NCBI GenBank assembly: GCA_007693585.1
Contig: REDH01000089.1
Location: forward strand, 21,323-85,322
Origin: Deltaproteobacteria bacterium
Lineage (GTDB): Bacteria > Myxococcota_A > Bradymonadia > REDH01
DNA length: 64,000 nt
Direction: 5' to 3'
Positions 1 through 9,715 of this stretch are shown piece after piece (the first letter of the stretch is position 1; the number at the start of each line of letters is the position of its first letter). Made by a program: the position numbers and the translations under genes. Under the pieces are notes generated by a model. The model ran no database searches. It worked only from the letters and a program-made list of their open reading frames with translations, and had not been told where the DNA came from.

Positions 1-382
1 CCAGACCGTGTGCCCCCCCGCGGTCACGAGGCGCGCATCCAGGAGCGGGATCGTCGAGGTCTGCAAGGGTGTCTGCAGCCACAGCAGCGCAGCGACGAGC
101 ACGAACGTGGACGCCCACGGCAGCCCGGCCGCGATCAGCAGGGCACCGAAGAGGGACACGCGGAGCCATCGAAGCGGCCGGCCCGATCGATCGGCGGCGG
201 CGGTGATCCATGGTTGGCCGACGATGGAGATGGCCGTGCGCACGGCGAACAGGAGCCCGATCTGGAACGCCGTGAAGCCGAGGGACGCGAAGTGGACCGG
301 GAAGAAGGTCGCCATGATGCCGACCGATCCCAGATAGGTGAAGTAGATCCACCGCAGACTGTTCAGTTCGACCGGAGACATC
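1..382 (-). CDS. MFS transporter, N-terminal part only (3' end lies beyond the window start)
   Basis: Reverse-complement translation from the ATG at 380-382 gives MSPVELNSLRWIYFTYLGSVGIMATFFPVHFASLGFTAFQIGLLFAVRT..., a typical MFS TM1-TM2 with a GR(K/P)xL-like loop. It is absent from the ORF track because it has no in-window stop. Confidence 0.55.
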
Positions 383-589
383 GCGGCCTGGGAGGGCTGG
401 ACGTCGTGGGCCGAGGGCCCACGTGCGGAGAGTGCGAAGTGCTTGCGGGAGTGCGAAGGGCGCCTAGAACACACCGCTCGGACCGTGATGCGGTGGCGGG
501 CTTCGGCGACCCGCAGTGTCCTGTGCGGCGCCCGCACCGGCGCGGGCCGGATTACCGCCGATCGTCACGATGGCCAATGGAAACATCCC

Positions 590-2341
590 ATGAGCGACTT
601 CCCTGCCCTCTTCCAGCTCAACCGGCGCGATGCTGCGACCGGCCTCGTCGAGCGGGTGCCCGCGATGGAGCGCGTCAACGCCCTGCTCGCCCATCCCGAG
701 GCGCAGCGGATCGTTCGTCAGATGGACGCACAGTCCCTGCATGACCTCATTGTCGAGCATGGTCTCTCGGACTCGAGCGAGTTGATCCAGCTCTGCTCCG
801 CCGAGCAGCAGCGCGCGTTTCTCGATTTCTCCATGTGGAGGCGCGATCGGCTGGAGCACGAGGAGTTGGAGCGCTGGCTCGAGGTGTTCCTGCAGCTCGA
901 GGATGGGGAGCTTGACCAGTTCCTCGATTCGCTCGATCCGGAGGTGCTGCCGCTGTGGTTGCGCGAGCACGTCGGGGTGCTCTTCTGGGAGCATGATCAG
1001 GACCTGCTCGACGCGGTCGATGCGCCGCTGATGTCGTCCCCCGACGGCGTGTACGCCCTCGTGGTGCCGGACGAGGAGCGTATCGGTCCCCTGCTGCGGC
1101 TGCTGCTCGAGCGCGTGTACAGCCTCGACATGGATCGGGGGAGGCGGCTGCTCGAGACCGTACGCTGGGAGCTCTCCGCCCAGCTCGAGGAGCAGGCCCA
1201 CGAGGCGCGATGGGCACGGCTTCAGGATCTGGGGTTCCCTTCCCCGGAGCAGGCTCCGGAGATCATCGCGTGGCTCGACCCGGGTGTCTGGAGGAGGCGC
1301 ATCCGCGAGCGAGCCCTCTCGGCCGAGACGCCCCCGATCGTTCTGACGGCGGGCTCGCTGCCGGTGCGCGAGCTCCATCTTCAGCGCTTCGAGGCGGCTC
1401 AGCTCGGCGGCGAACAGAGCGTCTTCATTCGGGCGCTCGGCGGCATCGGTCAGGTGTTTCCGGAAGCGCATGTCGAGCCGACCGCCGACGCCATCCTCTC
1501 CCAGTTCAGGGCGCTGGCCAATCACGTCCATGTCCTGGATGGAGCGGATGCCGGCGAGATCTCGGGCGCTCGTCAGGCTGTGGCGACAGCGGAGAGGCGG
1601 CTCTCCATCGCGCTTGAGCTCGTTGCGGGCGATGAGCTCCCGGTCGCCTCGCGTGCGCTGGGTACGGTTCCCCTGAAACTACTCCACCGGCTGGGCTACT
1701 CGGCGACGCAGCGCCTGCGGCAGACGGCCGTTGGGCTGGCCCGCCGGGGTCGGTTCCAGCATGTGGACCCGCCGTTCTCCCTGCTGGACCCGGAGGAACA
1801 GGATCGACTGCGCGGCCTGCTTCAGCCGGAGCCCCGTCTGGGTGAGTCGAGCGCGGCGGTGTTCCGTCGTGTGTCGGAGATCGAGGAGGCCGCGAGGCTT
1901 CTGGCCCGGATGGCGGCGGTGGAGCTTGTGCTGCTGGGGCAACCGGGCTGGAGTCGTGAGCAGTTGCTGGAGGGGTTCACCTCGCCCGCGGAGGACCCGC
2001 TGACCCCGATCGAGCTGCTGAGTCTGCGTGGGCTTGTCTGCACGCAGCTTCTGCGGGGCGATCTCCGGGAGTCGCCCGCTCCCGTTCCGATGGACGAGTT
2101 GCGGGGTCTGCTGTCCGTGTTCGTGGACGCGGCGGCGCTGCAGACGGCGCTTCTGGAGCGTGCGGAGGTGTGGCTGGACTCGACCGCCGTGGAGGATCGC
2201 GCTGCGCGCATCCTCGTCTCGGACTGGATCACCGGTGCCATTGCGCGTCTGGGAGACGAGCTCGGGTCGGGTTGCCCGGCCCAGGTGGACGACACCCTCC
2301 TGCTGACGGCGTTTGCCGTGGGTGGAGGGGGCCACTCCTGA
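590..2341 (+). CDS. Hypothetical protein, DUF6178-like (Myxococcota-type uncharacterised family)
   Basis: Long ORF with codon bias. The ATG at 590 (MSDFPALFQL) was chosen over the upstream in-frame starts. No recognisable catalytic motif. Confidence 0.6.
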   Translation: MSDFPALFQLNRRDAATGLVERVPAMERVNALLAHPEAQRIVRQMDAQSLHDLIVEHGLSDSSELIQLCSAEQQRAFLDFSMWRRDRLEHEELERWLEVFLQLEDGELDQFLDSLDPEVLPLWLREHVGVLFWEHDQDLLDAVDAPLMSSPDGVYALVVPDEERIGPLLRLLLERVYSLDMDRGRRLLETVRWELSAQLEEQAHEARWARLQDLGFPSPEQAPEIIAWLDPGVWRRRIRERALSAETPPIVLTAGSLPVRELHLQRFEAAQLGGEQSVFIRALGGIGQVFPEAHVEPTADAILSQFRALANHVHVLDGADAGEISGARQAVATAERRLSIALELVAGDELPVASRALGTVPLKLLHRLGYSATQRLRQTAVGLARRGRFQHVDPPFSLLDPEEQDRLRGLLQPEPRLGESSAAVFRRVSEIEEAARLLARMAAVELVLLGQPGWSREQLLEGFTSPAEDPLTPIELLSLRGLVCTQLLRGDLRESPAPVPMDELRGLLSVFVDAAALQTALLERAEVWLDSTAVEDRAARILVSDWITGAIARLGDELGSGCPAQVDDTLLLTAFAVGGGGHS

Positions 2342-2464
2342 GCTCCGGGGGGGGCCGAGTGGGGCTGCATCGGTGCTTCGTGGACACGGAACGCGGTGCA
2401 GGGTGCGTGCCGGTGTCGCTCGATCGGCGTGTGATTCGTTCGATGCGGGTTCGCGTCGCGAACT

Positions 2465-3265
2465 TCAGAACGTGGGTTCGCAGACGCCGAGCGGGTCCCC
2501 GTTGGGGAGGGCGGTCATGATGGGGCACACGAGTCTGCAATCGATGGGGTAGTCCTGGCCGATGATGGACTCGCAGATGCCGCCTGCGCCCTCGTCACCG
2601 CCGGTCAGGTTTCTGCAGTTGGGTGTGATGTCGGCGGCGAGATCGATGGCGTTCGGGGGGATGAAGACGAGGCAGCCCTTGCAGACCTCGACGGGGAAGG
2701 AGAACTCGTTGGACTCGACGTCCCGTCCTCCGGACGTGGTTCCGAAGACGCGCACGCGGACGTTGAGCTGGAAGGAGTCTCCGCGATTGCGCAGGAGGGG
2801 GGATTCCCGAAGGATCGAGCCGAGTTCAGACGGGATGACATCGAGCCGTCCGAAGTTCGTGCCCCGGGGGCTGATGGTTCCGGAGAGGCGGATGCGTTGC
2901 ACGGACGGGAGGGGGACACCGATGCCGTCGGGCGCGTCGTAGCGGATTTCGGCCCGGTCGATCGCGATGAGGTTGGCTTCCCAGGCCGTTCCCTGGTTTC
3001 CGCGCGGGCTGCCGCCGGCCGGGGTGACGGAGCCGGACGGTGCGAGCGTGGACGAGAAGCGTGGCGACATGAGGTAGTTGTCGCGCATGTAGACGTCGAA
3101 CGTACCTCGGGCGAGGTAGGATCCTGCGGAGGTATCGCACGACTCGTCGATGATGCCGTTCTCGAAGATCCAGATCTCCGGGGATTCGTCTGCACAGCCG
3201 GAGAGGAGGGCGATTCCGAGGGTACTGGCGGTGAGGATCAGGACGGGAAGGATGGCGGATCGCAT
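2465..3265 (-). CDS. Hypothetical lipoprotein
   Basis: Signal peptide plus lipobox (LLSGC). Convergent with the previous gene. Confidence 0.55.
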   Translation of the reverse strand: MRSAILPVLILTASTLGIALLSGCADESPEIWIFENGIIDESCDTSAGSYLARGTFDVYMRDNYLMSPRFSSTLAPSGSVTPAGGSPRGNQGTAWEANLIAIDRAEIRYDAPDGIGVPLPSVQRIRLSGTISPRGTNFGRLDVIPSELGSILRESPLLRNRGDSFQLNVRVRVFGTTSGGRDVESNEFSFPVEVCKGCLVFIPPNAIDLAADITPNCRNLTGGDEGAGGICESIIGQDYPIDCRLVCPIMTALPNGDPLGVCEPTF

Positions 3266-3274
3266 AGAGCCTCC

Positions 3275-4336
3275 TTAGCGGGCGGTTGCTGCGTCAGGGG
3301 TGACCGTGAGGGGAGCCCCATCGGCTAGCCATACGGCGAGGTCGTTCGGAGCGGTGGGATGAAGGACAAGGGAGCCGGGTTGCTGGACGAGGATGAGCTG
3401 GACGTCGTCCTGCAGGCGCTTCTTGTCCCGCCGGAGAAGTGTGGTCCATGTGTCGGCGGGAAGGGTCGGAGCGTCGGTCGGCAGTCCGAGCGTCTCGAGG
3501 AGCGAGCGGAGCCGTGTCTCGAGTCCCGTTTCGGTGTCGATAAACTGGCGGGAAGCGCGAGCCGCGAGGACCATTCCCATGGCCACGGCCTCGCCGTGGT
3601 TGAAGTCGCCGTACCCGGTCGCGGTCTCGATCACGTGCGCGAAGGTGTGGCCCAGGTTGAGGAGCTTTCGTGCTCCGGACTCTCGGTAGTCCTGCTCGAC
3701 GATGGTGCACTTGGTGCTTGCTGCCGAGAGGATGGCGCGTCGCGAGGCGTCGGGGTCGCGGGCGGCGAGTTGCCGGGCGTCCTCCTCGAGGGCGACGAGT
3801 GCTTCCTCGCCCTCGATCAGGGCGGACTTCACCACTTCGGCGAGCCCTGCGGCGAACTCGCGTTGCGGGAGCGTGTCGAGGAGGGGGTACCAGTGGAGGA
3901 CGCGCTCCGGGGCGGCGAAGGCGCCGACGAGGTTCTTCCCCTTGAGGTTGAAGCCGCACTTTCCGCCGATGGCAGCGTCGCACATGGCGAGAACGGTGGT
4001 CGGTACCTGCACGAAGCGGATGCCGCGCAGGATGGTGGCAGCGACGAAAGCGGCGAGGTCTCCGGTGACGCCTCCGCCGAGAGCGACGATGCAGTCTTCG
4101 CGTCGAACTTCGAGCTGGATGAGGCTGGCCCAGAGCGCGGCGACGGTCTCGAGGGACTTGTGTTCCTCGCCGGGCTCGATGACGAGTGTGTGGACTTCGG
4201 CGCCGTGGCGCTGCAGGGCAGCGTCCAGCGCCGCGCCGTGGAGGGCGTCCACGTTGGCGTCGCTGATGCGGAACAATCGAGCGCCGGGCGCGGTCTCGAG
4301 GAGGGCGGTGGCGAGGTCGTCGACTGATCCTTCCAC
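3275..4336 (-). CDS. aroB: 3-dehydroquinate synthase
   Basis: AroB motifs GGGVTGDLAAF and NLGHTFAHVIE. GTG start at 4336 (VEGSVDDL). The longer ORF-track start at 4873 overlaps aroK and was rejected. Confidence 0.85.
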   Translation of the reverse strand: MEGSVDDLATALLETAPGARLFRISDANVDALHGAALDAALQRHGAEVHTLVIEPGEEHKSLETVAALWASLIQLEVRREDCIVALGGGVTGDLAAFVAATILRGIRFVQVPTTVLAMCDAAIGGKCGFNLKGKNLVGAFAAPERVLHWYPLLDTLPQREFAAGLAEVVKSALIEGEEALVALEEDARQLAARDPDASRRAILSAASTKCTIVEQDYRESGARKLLNLGHTFAHVIETATGYGDFNHGEAVAMGMVLAARASRQFIDTETGLETRLRSLLETLGLPTDAPTLPADTWTTLLRRDKKRLQDDVQLILVQQPGSLVLHPTAPNDLAVWLADGAPLTVTPDAATAR

Positions 4337-4364
4337 GATCCTGGGTGGCTGAGCGGCCTTGTGT

Positions 4365-4892
4365 TCAGGACTGGAGTTCACGGGCGATCTCGGCTGCGAT
4401 GTCCTTGGGTTCGCGCCCATCGGTGCGAACGGTGCGAGCACACTGACGATAGAGGGCTTCTCGTTCGGAGAGTAGCAGATTCCATCGAGCGGCCGGATCT
4501 TCGGTGGCGAGGAGAGGCCGGGAAGCGGCGGGGTTCCATCCGATGCGCCGCAGGGCCTCGTCGGCCGAGACGGCCAGATAGATGGAGAGGACATCGGGGT
4601 GCAGGCACCGTCTCCGGAAGTCCGCGGAGAGGACGGCCCCGCCGCCGGTGGCGAGCACACAACCTTCCGTGGTATCCAGGAGCTGGATGCCGAGTCGTTG
4701 TTCGATGTCACGGAAGGAAGGTTCACCGGCGGTCTCGAAGAGTTCGGGGATGCATTTCCCGGTGTGTTGCTCGATGGCGGTGTCGAGGTCGAGGAAGGGT
4801 CTGCCCAGGTTTCGGGCGAGGAGTCGGCCCACGGTGCTCTTTCCTGCGCCCATGGGCCCGACGAGCACGACATGGTGGAGTTCAGTCTTCAC
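4365..4892 (-). CDS. aroK: Shikimate kinase
   Basis: Walker A motif LVGPMGAGKSTVG. GTG start overlaps the pilQ stop by 11 nt. Confidence 0.85.
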   Translation of the reverse strand: MKTELHHVVLVGPMGAGKSTVGRLLARNLGRPFLDLDTAIEQHTGKCIPELFETAGEPSFRDIEQRLGIQLLDTTEGCVLATGGGAVLSADFRRRCLHPDVLSIYLAVSADEALRRIGWNPAASRPLLATEDPAARWNLLLSEREALYRQCARTVRTDGREPKDIAAEIARELQS

Positions 4893-7764
4893 GGGGCGGG
4901 GTGATTTCCTCGCCTCGACCGATGCGATCGATGGAGAGGTCGCGGTTCACGACGCGCGGGGTGATGAAGACGAGCAGTTCGTTTCGGACATCGGTCTGCG
5001 AGCTGTTTCGGAACAGGGGTCCGAGGATCGGGAGGTTGCCGAAGAAGGGAACGCTCGCTGTCGACGTACCGGTGTTTCGCTGGAAGATGCCACCGATGAC
5101 GGTGGTGTCGCCATCCCGGACGAGGAGCTGCGTGCTGGCCTGTCGGCGGATGATGGACGGGTCTCCACCGGCGCCGGTTCGCTCGAAGTCGGGTTCGCTC
5201 TTGTTGACGTTGACGTCCATGTAGATGAACCCGTCGGGGGTCACGCGCGGCGTGACGGTGAGCTGCACCTGGGCGTCGAAGAACACGGTGTTGGCGCCGG
5301 CCGCCGAGACGGTGCGGACGGGGATGGAGACACCGGACGAGATGGTGGCGGATTCGTTGTCGAGGGTGGTGATGCGCGGAGCGCTCACGATCTTCGCGGT
5401 TCCCTGGAGCTCTGCTGCGGAGAGCCGCAGGTTGAGGTTCAGTGCGCCGCCGAGGCTTCCGAGGGTGAGACCGATGGCGCCACCTTCGCCGGTGCCTGCG
5501 GGTGCCGGGAGGTTGACGGCGAAGTTGGGGTTGGAGGCAGTACCTGCTGTCGGCGTCTGGCCGTCGGTCGACCCGCCTGCGACACCGATGCTGGACGGGA
5601 AGCGGAGTCCCGTGGCGTTTCCGATCGCCTGGTCGGCGACGAACGCTCCACCCCACTGGATGCCGAGCTGACGCCGGAAGCTGTCGTTGGTCTCGACGAT
5701 CCGGGCCTCGATCAGGATCTGGGGGGTCTGGGTGTCGAGTTGGCGGGCGAGGGACTCTACCGTGTCGAGGTTGTTCCGGATGTCGGTCACGATGAGGGTG
5801 TTGGTCCGGTTGTCGAGGGCGACGGAGCCGCGGCTGGACAGCATGGGTCGCACGAGGCCCTGGACCTGACTGGCGTTGGCGTACGAGATGGGGACCATTC
5901 GTACGGCGAGGGGCTCGACCTCGAACGTCTCTGCCATGCGTTGGAGCTGGCGTTCGTGCTCGGCCTCGAAGACGGACATCGGTGCGACGCGGATGATGCT
6001 TCCTTCCTGTTCCCAGCCGAGGTTCTGGCTTCGGAGGATGAGGGTGAAGGCCTCGTCGAGCGGCACGCTGCGCAGGCGAAGGGTGATGCTTCCCCGGACG
6101 TCGCTGCCGGCGACGATGTTGACGTTCCCCTCGTCGGCGAGCAACCGGAGCACGTTCTCGATGTCGGCGTTGCGGAGGTCGATGGAGATGCGCTTCTGCG
6201 CCATGCGGGGGCGCCGGACACGGGGGTCACCGGGCACCGGGCCGGACTGTGCGGGCTGCATCTGCGGCCGCCGCTGCGAGACGGTGAGGTGTTCGTGTTC
6301 GGCGGGCGAGGGGCGGCCGGCAGCGATTCCTTCGACACCGTCCATCGCCGTGAATTCCCACACAAGGCGGTCACCGTCGCGGCGAAGGAGCTCTGCGGCT
6401 GCACCGCGGGTTTCGGCGACCACCACAGTTCGCCCATCCTCGTCCACGAAGGACGCGATGCTCTCCACGGGTCCGGCGAGCGCGCTGGTGTCGACGCGTC
6501 GACGCAGGTGTTCGGCGAGGCTGACACCCTCGAAGACGACCGCCATCCGTTCGCTGTCCCAGGCCTCCGCGGTGTAACGGGCCCGCTCGCTCACCTCGAT
6601 GATCACGCGGCTGACCTCGCCTTCCTGCTCGAAGCGCACATCGCGGATGCGGAGGGGCTGCCGGCTTTCGGGCTCGGGGCGTGCATCCTCCCGCGGGGCA
6701 GCGGCTTCCACCGGGGCCACTTGTCGTCGCTGCGCGCGGAGGGCATCGAGTTCCTGTTCCCGTTCCGCGATCTCCCCCTGGGCGGCGGCGAGCTCGCTTC
6801 TCAGGGCATCGAGTTCCTCGCTCGAGCTGCGGTCCATCTCCTCTCCGTTCGCGGCAAGCTCGGCGACCCGGGCCTCGAGCTGCGCCTCGCGGGCCTGCAG
6901 GGCTTCGACCTGCGCCAGCGACGCCTGGAGTGCGGCCTCGCGCTCTCGGAGCTGTGCGGCTTCCGCCTCGGCCTGCGCGGAGCGGGTCTGTGCGGCCCGG
7001 GCTTCGGAGCGCGCCGCCTCCGCGTCCGCCTGCGCGCTGGCGGCCCGCCGAGCGGCAGCATCGCGCTCGGCCTCTGCTCTGGCGAGTCGCTGCTCGAGGT
7101 CATCGCTGCGCGCGGCGAGTTCGGCACTGCGCGCCTCCGACGCGGTCAATTCACTGCGGGCCTGCCGCAGGTCGCTCTCGAGGCGCTCTCGCGCTGCACG
7201 TTCGCTGGAGGCCTGCTCCCGAAGAATGTCGGCTTCGCGGGAGTCACCGCGGGCGTCCGCTGCGCGGGCTGCCTCTTCCAGCGCCTGCGCCCGCTCGAGC
7301 GCCGCGGCGAGCTGCTCTTCGAGGTCCTGCGCACTCGCCGTTCCAGGGGCGCGGCGTCCGGCGCCGTCGACCTGGACGACCAGGCTGCGTCCCTGCACTT
7401 CGACATCGTAGAGGGCATCCTGGTCGAGGGCGATCATGACCCGTACGGCGTTCGCGCGACCATCGGGCCGCGCGTCGACGCTGACCCGTCCGACGACCCC
7501 GTTGCCGACGTCGACCGAGGCGAGCGAGCCTGCGGCCTCGGCGCCGGAGAAGTCGATGAAGATCCGGCTGGGGTTCCGAAGTTGGTACGCCGAGTACGTG
7601 GGCTGGGTGGAGCCGACGATCCGGATATGCGTCGCGTCGGGCGCCTCGTCGATCTCGACGCTGGACAGCCGGTTGGTGGCGCCCTGTGCCTGGGCCGAGG
7701 TCGCCACCGCCAGCGACGCCGTGAGGGCGAGGGCGAGGATGGTGAGAAGGGGCTTTGCGCTCAT
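4882..7764 (-). CDS. pilQ: Type IV pilus secretin PilQ (AMIN - coiled coil - AMIN - N0/N1 - secretin)
   Basis: Signal peptide MSAKPLLTILALALTASLAVATSAQA. Two AMIN-like beta domains. Secretin C-terminus (...RNELLVFITPRVV). The ATG at 7762-7764 was chosen over the extended ORF start. Confidence 0.9.
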   Translation of the reverse strand: MSAKPLLTILALALTASLAVATSAQAQGATNRLSSVEIDEAPDATHIRIVGSTQPTYSAYQLRNPSRIFIDFSGAEAAGSLASVDVGNGVVGRVSVDARPDGRANAVRVMIALDQDALYDVEVQGRSLVVQVDGAGRRAPGTASAQDLEEQLAAALERAQALEEAARAADARGDSREADILREQASSERAARERLESDLRQARSELTASEARSAELAARSDDLEQRLARAEAERDAAARRAASAQADAEAARSEARAAQTRSAQAEAEAAQLREREAALQASLAQVEALQAREAQLEARVAELAANGEEMDRSSSEELDALRSELAAAQGEIAEREQELDALRAQRRQVAPVEAAAPREDARPEPESRQPLRIRDVRFEQEGEVSRVIIEVSERARYTAEAWDSERMAVVFEGVSLAEHLRRRVDTSALAGPVESIASFVDEDGRTVVVAETRGAAAELLRRDGDRLVWEFTAMDGVEGIAAGRPSPAEHEHLTVSQRRPQMQPAQSGPVPGDPRVRRPRMAQKRISIDLRNADIENVLRLLADEGNVNIVAGSDVRGSITLRLRSVPLDEAFTLILRSQNLGWEQEGSIIRVAPMSVFEAEHERQLQRMAETFEVEPLAVRMVPISYANASQVQGLVRPMLSSRGSVALDNRTNTLIVTDIRNNLDTVESLARQLDTQTPQILIEARIVETNDSFRRQLGIQWGGAFVADQAIGNATGLRFPSSIGVAGGSTDGQTPTAGTASNPNFAVNLPAPAGTGEGGAIGLTLGSLGGALNLNLRLSAAELQGTAKIVSAPRITTLDNESATISSGVSIPVRTVSAAGANTVFFDAQVQLTVTPRVTPDGFIYMDVNVNKSEPDFERTGAGGDPSIIRRQASTQLLVRDGDTTVIGGIFQRNTGTSTASVPFFGNLPILGPLFRNSSQTDVRNELLVFITPRVVNRDLSIDRIGRGEEITPPRED

Positions 7765-7882
7765 GACGCTCTCCAGGGGAATCGACAGTTCGGACAGCTT
7801 GGTTTCAGCGGTGCCTGCGCGAGCCGGCCTGACAGCGAGTGGACGCCGCATCGCCGCAGAACGCAAAATTCCGGAGTGGAAA

Positions 7883-8470
7883 TCAGTCTTCATCGTTGCC
7901 ATTTCGCTCCACCTCTGCGTCGATGGGCTGCTCGCTGAGCACGAGGATTACCCGTCTTCGGTCATCCTCGTCCCCGAACGTACTGATCACGACCTCGTTG
8001 TCCCGGATGACCTCGATGCGCCGTGTGCAGCGCGGCCCGATGCGTGCACCCTCCGTCGCGATGATGGCCTGCGAGGTGCCCGGGGGGACGATGAGTGCCC
8101 GAGGCACCGGCGTTCCCGTGATGAGCCCGAGCAGCCGAAGTTGCCTCGCCTCGAAGAGTCCCAGCGGGTTGGTTGCGGGGTCGCAGTCCATCTCCACGGC
8201 GCGGTCGAGTCCGGGTCCGGCTTCGGTCAGGAATGGTGGACTGAAGGGGTCCCGGGCCGTACGCGAGAACTGATGACGCTCGATGTCCACGAGGGTCGGA
8301 GGTTCACTCTCGTCGAGTTCGACGGTCCCTCGATCCCGCGGTGCGGGTGGCGGACCCGGATCGAAGGTGGGCGAGCCGCATCCCCAGAGCGTGGCCAGGA
8401 GAAGTACGGAGAGGCTGCGGGCGATCGCGCCCGCGCTTCGCCCGTGAGGTGTGGCGTTGTTCAGTTGCAT
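7883..8470 (-). CDS. pilP: Type IV pilus assembly lipoprotein PilP
   Basis: Start MQLNNATPHG. Lipobox LLATLWGCGS. Position between pilO and pilQ. Overlaps the pilO stop. Confidence 0.75.
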   Translation of the reverse strand: MQLNNATPHGRSAGAIARSLSVLLLATLWGCGSPTFDPGPPPAPRDRGTVELDESEPPTLVDIERHQFSRTARDPFSPPFLTEAGPGLDRAVEMDCDPATNPLGLFEARQLRLLGLITGTPVPRALIVPPGTSQAIIATEGARIGPRCTRRIEVIRDNEVVISTFGDEDDRRRVILVLSEQPIDAEVERNGNDED

Positions 8471-9075
8471 GCCTCGACTCCCTGTGTGCTCTCGGGATCC
8501 GTGTAGTAGGTGGCCAGGTTGAACTGCGCCCGGAGGATGGGGCCCCCTGCCTCGTCCGCTCGACCGCGCGTCGACGCGGAACGGGCGAGGTTGATGTTGC
8601 GGATGTTCATGATCCGCGGCTGGCGGCTGAGCCCGTAGAAGAAGTCCGAGATCTGATCGTACGTGCCCTGGACGTTGATGGCCATGGGGATGGTCATGTA
8701 GTCCCGGCCGGAGGAGGCGCCGCTGATGTCCTGCACCTCGAGGCTGACGGCGGCGATCTGGGCCTGCTGCTGCAGGGTGACGAGCAGCGGCTCGATCTGC
8801 GGGCCGATCGGCAGTCGCTCGACGAAGACCTGCTGCCATTCGCACTGCTGCGCCACTTCGGCGCGCACGCGCTCGATGTCGTCCGCCTCGGCCATGAGTT
8901 CGGCCTGGCGGGCATACTGGCGTTCCAGACGGGACTTGGCCCGATCGATGTCCTCCTGCTGGCCGGAGTACACGATGAAGTAGAACGCGACGAAGATACC
9001 CACGGCCACCAGAAGCAGCAGCGCCAGCTTCTGTGGCCCCGGGATACGATCGAACTGGTCGAGGATCTCGCTCAT
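8461..9075 (-). CDS. pilO: Type IV pilus assembly protein PilO
   Basis: Single N-terminal TM (LALLLLVAVGIFVAFYFIV) followed by a coiled coil. Operon position. Confidence 0.75.
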   Translation of the reverse strand: MSEILDQFDRIPGPQKLALLLLVAVGIFVAFYFIVYSGQQEDIDRAKSRLERQYARQAELMAEADDIERVRAEVAQQCEWQQVFVERLPIGPQIEPLLVTLQQQAQIAAVSLEVQDISGASSGRDYMTIPMAINVQGTYDQISDFFYGLSRQPRIMNIRNINLARSASTRGRADEAGGPILRAQFNLATYYTDPESTQGVEACN

Positions 9076-9085
9076 GATGGCTCCT

Positions 9086-9715
9086 TCAGCCTTGCTCGTC
9101 GCCGAGGCCGTAGTTGACCCGCGCTTCCATGCGGAAGGTGTAGATGCGCCCCAGCGCAGCATCGCTGCCTGCCGTCACGTTGAGGATCCGGACATTCGAG
9201 AAGTAGGGGGACATGCGCAGCCGGAGGTGGAACTCGGCGACATCGTCGTTGCTCATGGCCCGCCCCTCGAAGGACAGCCTGCGATCGGACTCGTTGAACG
9301 AGTTGATCCAGACCTGCGTGGGATCCCAGGAGGTGGCCCACCCCTGCTCCTCCTGCGTGATCCGCTCGAGCTCGTCGACGGGGGGGTTGAGGATCCGCTT
9401 GAACTCGTCGAGCACCTGCACGGGTCCTGCCCGATGGGCCTCGAGTTCTGCGAGCACGTCCGCCGTCTGCTGGAGCTGGTTGAGCTGCTGCCGCAGGGTG
9501 GTGAGTTCCTGATTCTGTCGCTCGAGCTCCTGGACACGATTCTCCGCCACGCGGACGTGCCCCTGAATCTGTTCGAGCTGATCGTTCTGGCGCGAGTAGA
9601 TGACGAAGAGCAGCACCAGCTCGATGAGGATGATCAGCGCACCGATCAGCAGCTGCTGCTTGCCGAACTCGCGCTGACGGGCCTGGCGAACCGGGAGTAG
9701 GTTGATCCGGATCAT
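9086..9715 (-). CDS. pilN: Type IV pilus assembly protein PilN
   Basis: MIRINLLP N-terminus. TM plus coiled coil. Operon position. Confidence 0.8.
   Translation of the reverse strand: MIRINLLPVRQARQREFGKQQLLIGALIILIELVLLFVIYSRQNDQLEQIQGHVRVAENRVQELERQNQELTTLRQQLNQLQQTADVLAELEAHRAGPVQVLDEFKRILNPPVDELERITQEEQGWATSWDPTQVWINSFNESDRRLSFEGRAMSNDDVAEFHLRLRMSPYFSNVRILNVTAGSDAALGRIYTFRMEARVNYGLGDEQG

Noticed and set aside
8-744. Plus-strand ORFs at the window start (109 and 244 aa)
   Set aside because: Antisense to the MFS transporter gene. Arg/Gly-rich.
4337-4873. N-terminal extension of the aroB ORF through aroK
   Set aside because: Overlaps the aroK coding sequence in another frame. AroB homology begins near the GTG at 4336.
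4582-7938. 1118-aa plus-strand ORF
   Set aside because: Entirely antisense to the well-supported pilQ gene. Gly/Arg/Asp-rich low complexity typical of high-GC antisense frames.
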